Source of the DNA: Camelus ferus
Taxonomy: Eukaryota
DNA: 64,000 bases
Direction of reading: 5' to 3'
NCBI RefSeq assembly: GCF_009834535.1
Contig: NC_045697.1
Span: 91,018,001 to 91,082,000, forward strand
Shown here: in pieces, positions 1 to 10,140 of the stretch
Numbering within the stretch: the first letter of the stretch is position 1
How the letters are laid out: every line of letters starts with the position of its first letter
Notes under the pieces: generated by a model
What the model saw: the letters and a program-made list of their open reading frames with translations, nothing else
Told to the model about the DNA's origin: nothing
Database searches by the model: none
Made by a program: the position numbers and the translations under genes

Positions 1-167
1 ATATTTCCCTGTGCTATACAGTATAATCATATTTATCTATTCTGCATTTTAAAATCCCAGTCTTTCCCTTCCCACCCCCAACCCCCTTGGCAACCACAAG
101 TTTGTATTCTATGTCTATGAGTCTATTTCTGTTTTGTATTTATGTTTTGTTTTGTTTTGTTTTGTTT

Positions 168-538
168 TGAGATTGCTCATATGAGCGATCTCATATGGTA
201 CTTTTCTTTCTCTTTCTGTCTTACTTCACTTAGAATGACATTCTCCAGGAACATCCATGTTGCTGCAAATGGCATTACATTGTCAGTTTTTATGGCTGAA
301 TAGTATTCCATCATATAAATATACCACCGCTTCTTTACTCAGTCATCTGTTGATGGACATTTAGGCTGTCTCCATGTCTTGGCTATTGTAAATAGTGCTG
401 CTGTGAACATTGGGGTGCAGGTGTCATTTTGAAGTAGGGTTCCTTCTGGATTTATGCCCAGGAGTGGGATTCCTGGGTCACATGGTAAGTCTGTTCCTAG
501 TCTTTTGAGGAATCTCCATACTGTTTTCCACAATGGCT
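168..538 (-). pseudogene. Extreme C-terminal remnant of L1 ORF2p
   Basis: The translation [23 protein letters not shown]...[23 protein letters not shown] is the canonical ORF2 tail. There is a premature stop at 341-339. Confidence 0.92.
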
Positions 539-679
539 TTCCTTGCTTCCCTCTCCCACTCTTAATGATTTAGATGTCTTCTTTTACAATTTTGTGTTTA
601 TTCTTTTTGTAATTCATGGCAGTTATCTCCTTTCCAGTTATGAGTTTCTCATTTTTGTAGCATCCTGCTTCTTTTCTAT

Positions 680-1574
680 TTAGAGTAGACCTGTCAATAT
701 TTCTTTTAGCATGGGTTTAGTGTTGCTAAACTCTTTTAGTTTTTGCTTGTCTATGAAGTTTTTATCTCTCCTTCTATTCTAAAGGATAGCCTTGCTGGAT
801 AGAGTATCCTAGGCTGCATCTTTTTTTCATTCAGGACTTTGAATATATCTTGCCACTCCCTTCTGGCCTGTAGTGTTTGTGTAGAGAAATCAGCTGAGAG
901 CCTTATGGGGGTTCCCTTGTACCTCACTCTTTGTTTTCCTCTTGCTGCCTTTAGGAACATTTCTTTATCCTTGACTCTGGCCATCTTGATTGTAATATGT
1001 CTTGGTGTGGGTCTGTTTGGGTTCTTCCTGTTTGGGACCGTCTGAACCTCCTGTACTTGGATATCTGATTCCTTTAGGTTTGGGAAGTTTTCAGTCATGA
1101 TTTCTTCAAATACCTTTTCAATCCCCTTTGTTCTTTCTTCCCCTTCTGGAACCCCTATTTTGCGTAGATTGGCACACTTTATATTATCCCATAGGTCCCT
1201 TATATTGTTTTCATTGTTTTTTGTTTTTCTTTCAGCTGTTCTGATTGGGTGCTTTCTATTGTCCTGTCTTCTAGGTCACTTATTCGTTCCTCTGCATTAT
1301 CTAGCCTGCTTTGTACAGCCTTTAGGTCAGCTCTCATCTCAGCAAATGAGTTTACTAATTCTACTTGGTTCTTCTTTATAGCTTCTATTTCATTTTTGAC
1401 ATATTTTATATCTCTAAACACTATTTCTTTTATTTCCTTCAGTACTTTGATCACTCCTTTTTTGAAATCTTGATCTAGTAGGCCATCAATGTCTATTTCC
1501 TTGATGGTGCTTTCAGGGGATTTCTCTTGATCTTTTAATTGGGAGTGGTTCCTCTGCTTCTTCATATTGCTCAT
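680..1574 (-). pseudogene. L1 ORF1p (coiled coil, RRM, CTD), disrupted by two frameshifts
   Basis: It starts MSNMKKQRNHSQLKDQEKSPE and shifts frame near 1220 into NENNIRDLWDNIKCANLR. It continues RPTPRHI...GTPIRLSADFS..TLQARREW..YPARLSF, shifts again near 760 into DKQKLKEFSNTKPMLKEILTGLL, and stops at TAA 682-680. Confidence 0.93.
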
Positions 1575-2915
1575 ATCTCTCTGGCACTGTGGCTTAAGGA
1601 GTATCAGTTATCTAGTTCTCCTGGAGACGCTGTGCTTTTAATGATTTTATTGAGAGGTCTTTGTGTCTTCGGCCTCTTTCTCAAACTCAGCTTGCTGTTT
1701 CCAGAGGCCCTCTGTTGGCACCCTCTCCTGTGCTGCTCCCAGTGGCTGTCAGCTAGCAGATCATGCCCCCTGCCAACACTGGGTCTCAGGTGCTAAGCTC
1801 TTATCTGGTGGGCAGGTGGGTCACTCCCCCTCCCGATGCTGCAGTCAGATGCTGCACTCGGAGGAGGCAGGTGGGCGGATCGTGCCCTCTCCCAGCACTG
1901 TGGTCAGGTGCTGCGTTCCTGCCAGGAAAGCGGGTTGCCGCCCACCCTTTCCCGGCGCTGGGTCGCTGCACTGCTCTGTGCAGCTGCCTGCTCTGCCTCA
2001 GGTCGGAGTTCCAAAGGTGGGCTCGGGGAAGAGCGCGGAACGGCCCCGCCTCTGCTCCATGCCAAATCTCAGCTCCTTGTTTGTCTTGGCGGTACAAGTT
2101 CTCTGAGTACCAGGGCAGAAAGATCCTATCTGCCTCCAGCTGTAAACAAGTCTCAGTCCTGCCTAGGAGGTTGTGGAGCCACCAGGTGCGGATTCAGGGC
2201 TCGGCCCCGCCCCCGCCTGGGCACTCGCACAGGAGGAGATGGCAGCTGTGGCTGCACCCCGCCTCTCTCCTTGGGAGAAGTGCCAGTAATGGCAGCGCAG
2301 GTCTGAGGAGACAAAGGCTATGGTGCCCCTCCCCCCATGGCACACCAGCTGTGTACCTTTGCTTTTATCACAATTTATGGGGGACTGAGGTTGTTCTGCT
2401 CTGTATCCCCTCCCAGACACAGCGCGCAGCCCCCTGCAGTCCCCCAGGGCTGCCTCAGTGCAGCCACCCCAGTCCTCCGCCCAGCTTGGGCAGCCTGTCC
2501 TGGCCCCAGCTGCCGGATCACGTCTCGGGCTGGGTGTCATGGGGACCCTTTGTGCCCGTTTAACTCAGTTCTGTCAGTCAAGAGGTGCTCGGGGCAGATC
2601 TGAGCCTCGGAGGTTCCCCCTCCATCTCACTGGCCTCTCTGTTGGAGGAGGGAGACCCACTGAATGAACGCCAGCCCTCCTTTGCCGCTCCCTCCCCGCA
2701 GGATTGGTCCTGCACTGTTTTGCTTTTTCTTCTTCCTTTTTTCCTTTTTTCCCACCAGATTTTTGGCGTCTTTGTCTTTCGAAGAGGGCGATGTTCTGTC
2801 GGAGTTCGGCAGGTGCTCTGGTTGGCTGAGTGGGTCTGTAGATGTGAGTTTTGGTGTATTTGTGGGAGAGGGTGAGCTACAAGCGTCCTTTTACTCCGCC
2901 ATCTTGCTTCTTCTC
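1575..2915 (-). promoter_or_regulatory. L1 5'UTR internal promoter, CpG-rich, with YY1 motif and GC boxes
   Basis: The YY1 motif AAGATGGCG (plus strand CGCCATCTT, 2897-2905) lies ~10 nt from the 5' end. GC boxes CCCCGCCCC occur near 2205-2217. Many CpGs are retained against a CpG-poor background. Confidence 0.8.
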
Positions 2916-3859
2916 ATAGAAAATTATTTTAGACTGCAGAATGTTGGCAAGTTTAAGAGTTTTACTTTCTATTTTATGTTAACATTTTCTCCTTTGAGAG
3001 ACAAACTTACACAATAAAATATATATGGAGTTGTATAAAGCAGCAATGTTTAAGTACATTGTTATGTGCAGGCTTAAGATACTGACCTAAACTTTTGATT
3101 AAATGTACAAAGGAGGTTGTTTAATTTGCCTTGGGGTGATCAAGGCTACCATGTTTATGCCACGTTTTAAACTGCCACAGTCTGCTTTCAGAATCCAGAG
3201 ATCTTTTGAGTTAAGTACAAAGATCCAGAGATAAATATAGAAAGGCAGTGGTCCATTCTTTCTATTACCTAACACTCTCTCTCAGGATGTAAGTTAGGTG
3301 CTTAGGTCATGTAGTTAAAAAAAAACAGCTCAACTTATTGATTGCTTAGAGATGTGGGTTGAATACTAGGCTGCTATTAACTTTCTCATGCACTTCCCCA
3401 ACTAACCTATTAGGTAGAAACACAAAAGTATGGAAATATTTTAACACTACCAGATATTATACTATTTGGAAAAATTTTTTAGCTTTTTCTGGAGGGAAAC
3501 ATCCATTACTAGTATAAGTATCTCGAAAGATAACAGTCCACAAAGTTTTAGTACATCATCTAAGTGGGACAAAACCTATTAGTTAACTAAGAAAATGAAA
3601 GACCAGTAGTGGATGAAAGGCAAAGAAAGTCTATATCTCATAGTTTTTAGCATATAAACATAGGATTTTAGAAAGCGCTATTGTACAATGACATGCACAG
3701 GAGGATTTCAAAAAGTGTTTGTAGAATTAATTTGAATAATTTAGGAGATAGAAAATGCTATAAAACTGAGCTGAGGTAAAATGTTTAACTTAATCAGATA
3801 ATCCAAAAAAAATCCTTATTTATTGCTATCCCCAGAGGAGCTCAGTTTTTCTGTGTACT

Positions 3860-4830
3860 GATCATTGAACAATGTTTATTTAGTGCCTTGTAAGTGCCAG
3901 GTATGGAGATAAAGCAAGGAGGTAAGATGATGAAAAGACAGAGAATGAGAGGAATGTAAACAAAGATGTGCAGTACCGAAGTCGAAGTCATACAAAGGTC
4001 AGGAGCAGACAGGAGGAAGAAAGAGGAGGAAGACGTTAACTCTGACAGAGTTAATGGTGGCATAATAGAGGAAATTAACAAAGGATGACTGAAGCTCAAT
4101 TTTGAAGTTAAATGCTGGTTTATCAGAAAGACAATGCACAAGGAAATTCTGTGTAGCCAGAACAGCATGGGCTAAAATGGAGGCATGCAACAAGACAGTG
4201 TGCTCAGGACATACAAATAGTTTGGCATTGGTGGTTCTGAAAGTGTAAGGTTTGAGGAGGAATAGTGAAACAGGAGGCTGGAGAGATATTCAAGGCCTGG
4301 GTCTTGGAGGCTCTATACTCTATAGTAAAGGGCCTGGAATTTATCCAGTGAGGAGAGATGAACTATTTAATTGCTTTAACCAGAGGACTGGCAATTGAGA
4401 CTTGGGATTCTTGCCCAGATTTTGTATGGAGCAACATTTCTCCTAGGACCACACACATCACCATCTTCTGGAATGCCTTTTAAAAATTCAGAGCCCTGAA
4501 CTGTACCTTAGATCCACTGAATTAGAATTTCTGGGGCAAAACTTGGGAATCAGCATGTTCAACCAGCTTCTAAAAGGATTCCCTTGCACGGTGCATTTAA
4601 GCTCACTGCTCCCCCAAAGTGTGATTGACAGAGTGGGCAAGACTGAATGCAGGGAGATCATCTAGGAGGTGATGTGATACTCCAGGTGAGAACGTTTGAG
4701 CCAGCCACAATGGGGATAGAAGGATTAAGAGAAGATGATGAACTTGAGAGATATTTTGGAGATAAAATCAAATGTAGTTGGTGACTAAACTGATTGAAGA
4801 AGAGGGTTTCAAGCCAGGTTTCTAGAATAA
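3860..4830 (-). mobile_element. L2 fragments interrupted by a MER5-like element
   Basis: The L2 3' tip reverse complement (CATTGAACAATGTTTATTTAGTGCC...GTGCCAGG) is at ~3862, with typical L2 body motifs at 4250-4390 and 4630-4830. Confidence 0.65.
4430..4612. mobile_element. MER5-like hAT-Charlie relic
   Basis: TAAAAATTCAGA...ACTGAATTAGAATTTCTGGGG...GGGAATCAGCATGTTCAACCAGCT motif series. Confidence 0.6.
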
Positions 4831-5414
4831 TTGGATCATGTACCAATAGCTATTATTAATGTTTTAATACATTATAATTTTTCCTTTAAATATATTATTT
4901 AAGTTTTTTTGCATTGTCAAGTTTGATTCATCATTTTTGGGGGGGACAATTCATTGTTTTGTTGTTTTTGAGTTATGGTAGAAATAAATGGAAAAAGATG
5001 TCAATTTATTAATAGCTGTTACAATCAGCTTGTCAGGAGAATATTTATTGTATTTCCCCAAATACCTGTTTGCGTCTAGGAATAAAATGAACAACCAGCT
5101 TTATTTCTAATATTTCTGAGAGGACTTAGACTTGCAAGATGTAAGGTCCGACTCATCACACAGCCAAAGCCCTTGGAAGTGTGAACAAGGAGCTGGAGAC
5201 ACAGTGAGGCTGATCTTCCAAATTGGGCAGAACCCAACTAGATTGTGAAGTATGTACATTTATCTCTGTCACTGTCTCTTTTCCACCACTTCCTTTCTGG
5301 TTCTGTCCTGAAAAAGAGATCCCTTATGTACTACTTGTGTCTATTGTTTTACTGACTCTTAACTAATACGCTGACAGAGAAGAACCAAAGCTGTAATTCT
5401 TTCAGGAGTATGGT

Positions 5415-5745
5415 GGGGATTATAGTGCTCACCCACTCCTTTGCTTTCCTGTATTTCCCAGCTGCCTGTGCAGTTAGGTTGGCCATGTAACTGAGTTCTG
5501 GCCAGCAGAATGTGGGTGGTAATGATGTACTTTGCTTGTAGGCCTGAATGATCTGATCTGTATGCTGTGAATCTAAAACATCCTGCACCGTCCATCGTCC
5601 ATGCTCTCCTTGTCTCATCATGGATCCCCTTAAAGGATTCCAGACATCTGCATCAGACTTACATGAACAAGGAATAGTTTTATTGTGTCGGACCACTGAG
5701 ATTCCAGTTTATTCTGTAGTATAGTATTGTCTACTCTGATCCATG
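5415..5745 (+). mobile_element. Old MLT1 (ERVL-MaLR) solo LTR
   Basis: TTTCCCAGCTGCCTGTGCAGTTAGGTTGGCCATGTAACTGAGTTCTGGCCAGCAGAATGTG and the 3' CCACTGAGATT motif. Confidence 0.65.
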
Positions 5746-5949
5746 CTTAGGTTATTTTAAAATTCATAGGTAACTGTTAAGGGTATGTAAGTCACAGATG
5801 AATGGAGCACAGGCACTGGGGTGCTCTTTTGGGATAAAAGGAGATTCTTTTCATACAGCCTTAAATCACATCATGAAGTTTACCCTCCTTGATCTGTAAG
5901 GATATTGTATTGACTGCAAAACTTGTCTCCTACTCGTTTGGTCCTGCTT

Positions 5950-6080
5950 CCATTGTGTTTTCAGTTTTTTGATTTGCAAAATGAGGTGATTAATACCCAT
6001 GTAATAAGATTATTGTCAGGATTAAAGAGATGCCATATGTAAAATGTCTAGACCAGCGCCTAGCACATAGCAGGTGCCAA
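5950..6080 (+). mobile_element. MIR SINE fragment
   Basis: Core motif CAGTTT..TTGCAAAATGAGG...AGGATTAAAGAGAT...CCTAGCACATAG. Confidence 0.65.
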
Positions 6081-6620
6081 GAGCCATCCTGGGAGAGCAT
6101 CAGAGATGAGATCCCATAATTAACTTCATAAATTTCTGATATGATTCACAGATGGGTGTTATTTACATTAATGGCGTCTAGTAGTTTAAAAACTTTTTTT
6201 TTTAAATTGAACTCTCCAAATTCTAGTGTCATAGGGCTCTGAATGCCCTGACCAAGTTGATGTAGATAAGAGCCCAAATAAATGGTAGCCATTGTTATTT
6301 TCCTGTTGCTCTTCAAAAGGAGGTGAGGGCAACACTGCCATTGTGAGGATTGATTATTCTCCAGGATTGGGCCAGAAAGTTCCAATCTCCATGGCGAGGC
6401 TGTTAGCTGGGCAATGCTATACAACTGCTTGGATTGATGCCAGTCTAACTGATTTGTTTTAAAGGCCAGAAAAACTTGATTGAGCTATGGGCATAATAAC
6501 TACATGTTCTGATCATGTTTATCCTCAAATTGTTCCTTTCTGTAAACAATAGCAGGAAAAGTGTTAGACGGGGGTGGGGTGGTAGATTTCAAAAGAGTGG
6601 AGATCAGATCTCCATAGTTC

Positions 6621-6679
6621 CCAGCTTTACTCCTGTGTTTCTAGCTTTACTCCTGTGTTTCTAGCTTTACTCCTGTGTC
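6621..6679. repeat. 20-bp tandem repeat, about 3 copies
   Basis: CCAGCTTTACTCCTGTGTTT / CTAGCTTTACTCCTGTGTTT / CTAGCTTTACTCCTGTGTC read directly. Confidence 0.95.
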
Positions 6680-6947
6680 ATAATGAAAACTTAACCTTTC
6701 CAGCTTCATTTTCTCACCTTTGAAGTGATAGTGTGGACTAGAGTATCTTTAAGGATCCTCTAGGATCTAAGGACCTTTAATATATTATAACCCAAACATA
6801 ACTGAAGTTCCACATGACTCAGTCTCTGTGCAAGAATAATTTAAAGAAATGGTGTAGTTCCCCAAAAAGTAATTAGAGTTCTTAAAATATTTTGCTACTT
6901 TCTTAATAACCTGTCTAAATGGGATGTGCATTTTTCTGGGAGGGTAC

Positions 6948-7020
6948 TCTTTTTAAAAAATAGCCTTATTGAGGTACAGTTCACATTACCATACAATTCA
7001 CCCATCTAAAGCATACAGTT
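6948..7020 (-). mobile_element. Old L1M 3'-end fragment
   Basis: AGCCTTATTGAGGTACAGTTCACA..CCATACAATTCACCCATCTAAAG is a typical L1MB/MC 3' tip. Confidence 0.6.
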
Positions 7021-8079
7021 TAATAGGTTTTAGTATGTGTTATGCATTCTTAATATAGAAAGAGCATCTTAAAATCTCTCTAGTTCACTGTTATCCTCAT
7101 TCCCTTCCCTCTGGACATCAGGTGCTCCCCTAAGCTCTGAATCTCCAGCCGACACTTTATAATCCTCCTGACACACATTTCATGTGATTCCCTGGTCTCT
7201 CTCCCTCCTTCCTCCTCTTGCCACCTCTGTCAACTCTTTAATATATAAATCAACTGGGACTTGTCCATTTTTGTATTTTCTCTGTATCTGTTCCTTATTC
7301 AGATTCAAAGGAACAAAGAAGAGTCCAAGAGCAACCTGGACAGGTAAGAAAATTAATTTTCCCTTAGACATACAAGAGGGACACGGGGTCTGGAAGAATT
7401 ACTATAAAGTCTCACATGAAACTATTCTTATATCTGTTGCACTATGAGCACACCGTGGCTTGTTCTTCCACTTGTTTTTCCTTTCTGCACTTGTAGTCAG
7501 CTTTGTTATCATGCATAAAAAAGTGCAGTGCTTTTTCTGAGGAAGGTTTACAGTTTAGGGGACAAACTGTTGAATTAGTTTTCTGCAGATGACACTGTTT
7601 CCACTTGTCTCGTTTGTGCTGTAACAATTGCCAGGCTGTCCTCACATTGGTTTGGTTTTCATTTCTACCTAAAGGGGGTGAGGCTCTTGATAGCATCTCT
7701 GGGAGGATGATGCGGATGTGTCCAGGCAGTGACAGGCTTGCCCTTGGCTATAGTGGCAGGCTCTTGTCTAATAAGGCCATACCATGCTGCTCAGCTCACT
7801 GGGAAGTCATCTTGTGCATTGGGAAAATTTCACTGTGATCCAGTTCACTCAGTGTGTTGTTTTACTGAATTTCATACTGATGAAAATTAGTTAAAGAAAA
7901 ATATTAAACACTTGCTGTGTTCAAAATATGCCCTAAGTAGTCTGTGTAATGCATGGTCCCAAATATCTTGCAGTTTTAAAATGGAGAACTATGTATAAGC
8001 TCATTGAAGATTATTGTATTAGACCTAAAATGACACTTACCTTTTAGGACACCTTTAATTCTTTTTTTAATGGAAAATA

Positions 8080-8620
8080 TCTTTGTAATAGATTGATTAT
8101 TAAATAATACATTGTTTCCAAAAAAAATTTTGAAATACATAGATGTATAAAGGGGAAAGTATAAAGGATGAAAAATTCTGCTTCCTAGAAATAACTACTC
8201 TTAAAGAGTTTTGATGAACATTCTTTGAGCCATCTTGCTATGCATACGCACACACACACACACATACTATACACACATAATTTTACATAAGCTGATTTAT
8301 AATATATTTACTATTTGTACAACCTGCCTTTTTTCATTCAGAAGTTGTCAGGAAATGGTTTCTCTATCAATAAATGTAGGCCAACATCATTATACTTAAT
8401 TAGAGCAGAGTATTCAGTTTTATCACCACAGTTTATTTAACCAATCCCCTATTAATGGAAATTTTAAATTATTTTCAGTTCTTTAAAATATTATAAATAA
8501 TCATTGCATGTATGTCCAGTTATGTCCTTAGCATAAATTGCCTGAAGGTCAAATTGCTGGGTCAAAGGATATGAGCATTTAAACTTTTAATATGTAATGC
8601 CACACTCCCCTCAAAAACCA
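8080..8620 (-). mobile_element. Ancient L1ME-type fragment
   Basis: TTTATTTAACCAATCCCCTATTAATGGA and AATTGCTGGGTCAAAGGATATGAGCATTT motifs. Confidence 0.6.
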
Positions 8621-8699
8621 GAGCCTTGATTCGGATACTGTTAGCCCCTTGACTCACTCTGGAGGCTCCTCAGATGAAACAAGCTTACAGTCTCATGGA

Positions 8700-9050
8700 T
8701 GTCTCTGCCAAGGTCATTCTCTTGGTCTCTGTGAAGCCCTTCCACAGTCACGGAGGCAGGAAGTGCCAGAAGTGCCAGGGAGTTAATGTGACTTCTACCT
8801 GGTAAATGACGGGAATTGGTAGATAAATGCCCCAGTTTCTTTGCCTCTTGGTGGGACTCTTCTAAGGTGTGTTATACACAATCCTTGGAGGAATTCAGTC
8901 TGTTGCCTGTAGTGATTATCTTGCTCATTAACTCACTTGCTTGCTTTCCTCCCTTACTGACTGACTTCCCCACTCCTTTTCTTGGCTTCCTGGGATTGTA
9001 CTCAAATCCTAGTCTCAGGGTGTGCTCTTGGGGGGAGCCAAATGAAGACA
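8700..9050 (+). mobile_element. ERVL solo LTR, LTR16-like
   Basis: AGTGCCAGGGAGTTAATG...GATAAATGCCCCAG...CTCAAATCCTAGTCTCAGGGTGTGCTCTTGGGGGGAGCCAAATGAAGACA terminus. Confidence 0.65.
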
Positions 9051-9073
9051 TCCTTCATATTACAGATGAAAAG

Positions 9074-9663
9074 TGTGGTAGGCACAATGATGGGCCCCCA
9101 AAGATGCCCACATCTTAACTCCTGGAACCTGGAAAATGTTACCTTATATGGCAACAGGGATCCTGCAGAGTTAATCACATGGTAAGAACCTTGAGATGGG
9201 GAAATTATCCTGGATTATCCTAGTGGCCCTGATATAATCACAAGAGTTCTTAAAAGTGAAAGAGGGAGACATAAAAGGAGAGTCAGAAGGAAATGTGAAG
9301 AACAGAGAGATGCAGCGTTACTGGTTTTGAAGATGAAAGAAGACAGCCATGAACCAAGAACTGTGGGCAGCCTCCAGAAGGCAAGGGAATGGATTCTACC
9401 GTAGAGCATCCAGAAAGGACCCAGCCCTTCCGACACCTTGATTCTAGCCCACTAAGACCCACTTTGGACTTCTAACCTGAAGAACTGGAGTTTAATAAAT
9501 TTGTGCCAAAAATTTGTGAAACCTGTTTTTTTTTAAATATTTTTTATTGAGTTATAGTCATTTTACAATGTTGTGTCAAATTCCAGTGTAGAGCACAATT
9601 TTTCAGTTATACATAAGCATACATTTGTGAAACCTGTTAATGGCAGCAATGGAAAACTTATGA
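9074..9663 (+). mobile_element. MLT1C/D-type MaLR solo LTR, interrupted by a short L1 insertion
   Basis: It starts TGTGGTAGGCACAATGATGGGCCCCCAAAGATG, contains GGAACCTG..AATGTTACCTTATATGGCAA and ATTATCCTGGATTATCC, and resumes after the insertion as ATGGCAGCAATGGAAAACT. Confidence 0.85.
9528..9622 (-). mobile_element. 95-bp 5'-truncated young L1 3' tip with perfect 16-bp TSD
   Basis: A T-tract plus TTATTGAGTTATAGTCATTTTACAATGTTGTGTCAAATTCCAGTGTAGAGCACAATTTTTCAG matches the L1 tip at ~25890-25960. The TSD ATTTGTGAAACCTGTT occurs at 9512-9527 and 9623-9638. Confidence 0.93.
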
Positions 9664-9929
9664 AAAAAAAAAAAGTTAAACAATACAAGGCAACTGATGC
9701 CAGAAGCCTCATCTGGCAGTGCTTATGATCCCAAAGGATGGGCATGAACAGTGAGAGTCAGAGAAGGAGGAAGTCATGAAATGTGTTCCTTCCTCTTGAG
9801 TGCAGTCATAGTTTGTTTAAGGGTAAGTTTAGGGTGGGTGACTCAATGACCACTAAACATAGGCCTGTGGCAAGAAACTCCCAACAAGCTGAGGGTTTGT
9901 CTGGGTTTAAATTTACTTGAAAATTCTGT

Positions 9930-10140
9930 CAGGCTTTAAAAAATTTAGTGTGCATAAAAATTATCTGGGAAAATAAAATTTAAAGATGATCTGGGGGTTT
10001 TGTTAAAAATGCAGATTTGGGATCTTATTTTCAGAGGTTTCGATACAAAGGTTTGAAATAGAGCCCAGGAATTTACACTTAAAAAGTAGGTTATTCTGGC
10101 ACATGTTGTTTTCGGGACTCTCCTATTAGAAACCCCTGCT
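9930..10140. mobile_element. MER5-like hAT relic
   Basis: TTGTTAAAAATGCAGATTTGGG...AGAGCCCAGGAATTTACACTT motifs. Confidence 0.6.

Larger units (their letters stand above)
1..2915 (-). mobile_element. Young LINE-1 with complete 5' end, ORF1 and 3' end but lacking nearly all of ORF2 (3' tip runs off the window start)
   Basis: The 5' end reads GAGAAGAAGCAAGATGGCGG on the minus strand, followed by a CpG-rich 5'UTR. ORF1 peptides lie at 1574-680. Bases 1-538 align with the L1 copy at ~26020-26555, and the alignment breaks at 538/539. The flank ATAGAAAATTATTTT (2916-2930) reads ct/AAAA on minus, like an L1 endonuclease site. Confidence 0.95.

Noticed and set aside
839..1473. Plus-strand hydrophobic ORFs overlapping the L1 (also 26687-27007 and 62195-62377)
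   Set aside because: They are antisense shadows of A-rich L1 ORF1/ORF2 coding sequence.
6621..6679. Short direct repeats as a CRISPR-like array
   Set aside because: The units abut with no spacers, there are no cas genes, and the DNA is mammalian.
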